Of a stretch of DNA of 64,000 nt, positions 63,392 through 64,000 are shown piece by piece. The stretch comes from Mobula hypostoma. Taxonomy: Eukaryota. Every line of letters begins with the position of its first letter. Within the stretch, counting starts at the first letter, position 1. The position numbers and the translations under genes are program-made. Below the pieces are notes generated by a model. That model was not told the DNA's origin and did no database searches. It saw only the letters and a list, made by a program, of their open reading frames with translations. The stretch covers positions 54,624,001-54,688,000 of the forward strand of contig NC_086097.1 of the NCBI RefSeq assembly GCF_963921235.1, read 5' to 3'.

Positions 63392-64000
63392 CAACAACAG
63401 GAATTCTGCAGATGCTGGAAATTCAAGCAACACACATCAAAGTTGCTGGTAAACGCAGCAGGCCAGGCAGCATCTATTGGAAGAGTTTCAGTCGACGTTT
63501 CAGGCCGAGACCCTTCGTCAGGACTAACTGAAGGAAGAGTTAGTAAGAGATTTGAAAGTGAGAGGGTGAGGGGGAGATCCAAAATGATAGGTGAAGACAG
63601 GAGGGGAGGGATGGAGCCAAGAGTTGGACAGGTGATTGGCAAAGGGGATATGAGAGGATCATGGGACAGGAGATCCGGGGAGAAAGACGGGGGGGGGGGG
63701 AACAGAGGATGGGCAAGGGGTATAGTCAGAGGGACAGAGGGAGAAAAAGGAGAGTGAGAGAAAGAATGTATGTATAAAAATAAATAACGGATGGGGTACT
63801 AGGGGTAAGTGTGGCACTAGCGGAAGTTTGAGAAGTCGATGTTCATGCCATCAGGTTGGAGGCTACCCAGATGGAATATAAGATGTTGTTCCTCCAACCT
63901 GAGTGTGGCTTCATCTTTACAGTAGAGGAGGCCGTGGATGGACATGTCAGAATGGGAATGGGACGTGGAATTAAAATGTGTGGCCACTGGGAGATCCTGC
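63392..64000 (-). mobile_element. Penelope-like element 3' end (runs off the window)
   Basis: Minus strand EEQHLIFHLGSLQPDGMNIDFSNF (GIY-YIG C-terminus), purine/pyrimidine-skewed UTR, intact hammerhead motif. Confidence 0.85.
63490..63525 (-). ncRNA. Minimal type-I hammerhead ribozyme motif (Penelope-associated)
   Basis: Minus strand AGUC-CUGACGA-AGG(GUCUCGG)CCU-GAAAC-GUC^-GACU. All core nucleotides present, stem I AGUC/GACU, stem II AGG/CCU, loop-less palindromic stem III (ACGU). Confidence 0.75.

Overview
This is eukaryotic vertebrate genomic DNA, most likely from a cartilaginous fish such as a ray or shark (inferred from the HE1/V-SINE, CR1 and Penelope repeat families). The window holds the complete six-exon GCH1 (GTP cyclohydrolase 1) gene on the minus strand: CDS exons 44392-44740, 17578-17687, 10474-10529, 8775-8806, 7032-7116 and 21-147, giving 759 nt and 252 aa with GT-AG introns throughout. 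Upstream of GCH1, on the same strand, is the last coding exon of WDHD1 (59170-59376), matching the known vertebrate WDHD1-GCH1 synteny. The rest is dense, often nested mobile DNA: CR1, Rex1/Babar, L1 and Penelope retroelements, tRNA/CORE/V-SINEs, a solo LTR, two Tc1 elements, and Harbinger-type and hAT-type MITEs. Four observations stand out. (1) A Sleeping Beauty-family IR/DR Tc1 element with TA duplication, a horizontal-transfer candidate. (2) Many minimal type-I hammerhead ribozyme motifs in Penelope-type 3' ends, with fold-back insertions whose breakpoints cluster in the ribozyme. (3) An intronless RNF213 RING-region retrocopy facing away from the GCH1 promoter. (4) A perfect 11-bp inverted repeat enclosing the GCH1 CCAAT box. 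All family assignments come from recognition by eye, not database searches, and repeat boundaries are approximate unless a TSD or TIR is given.
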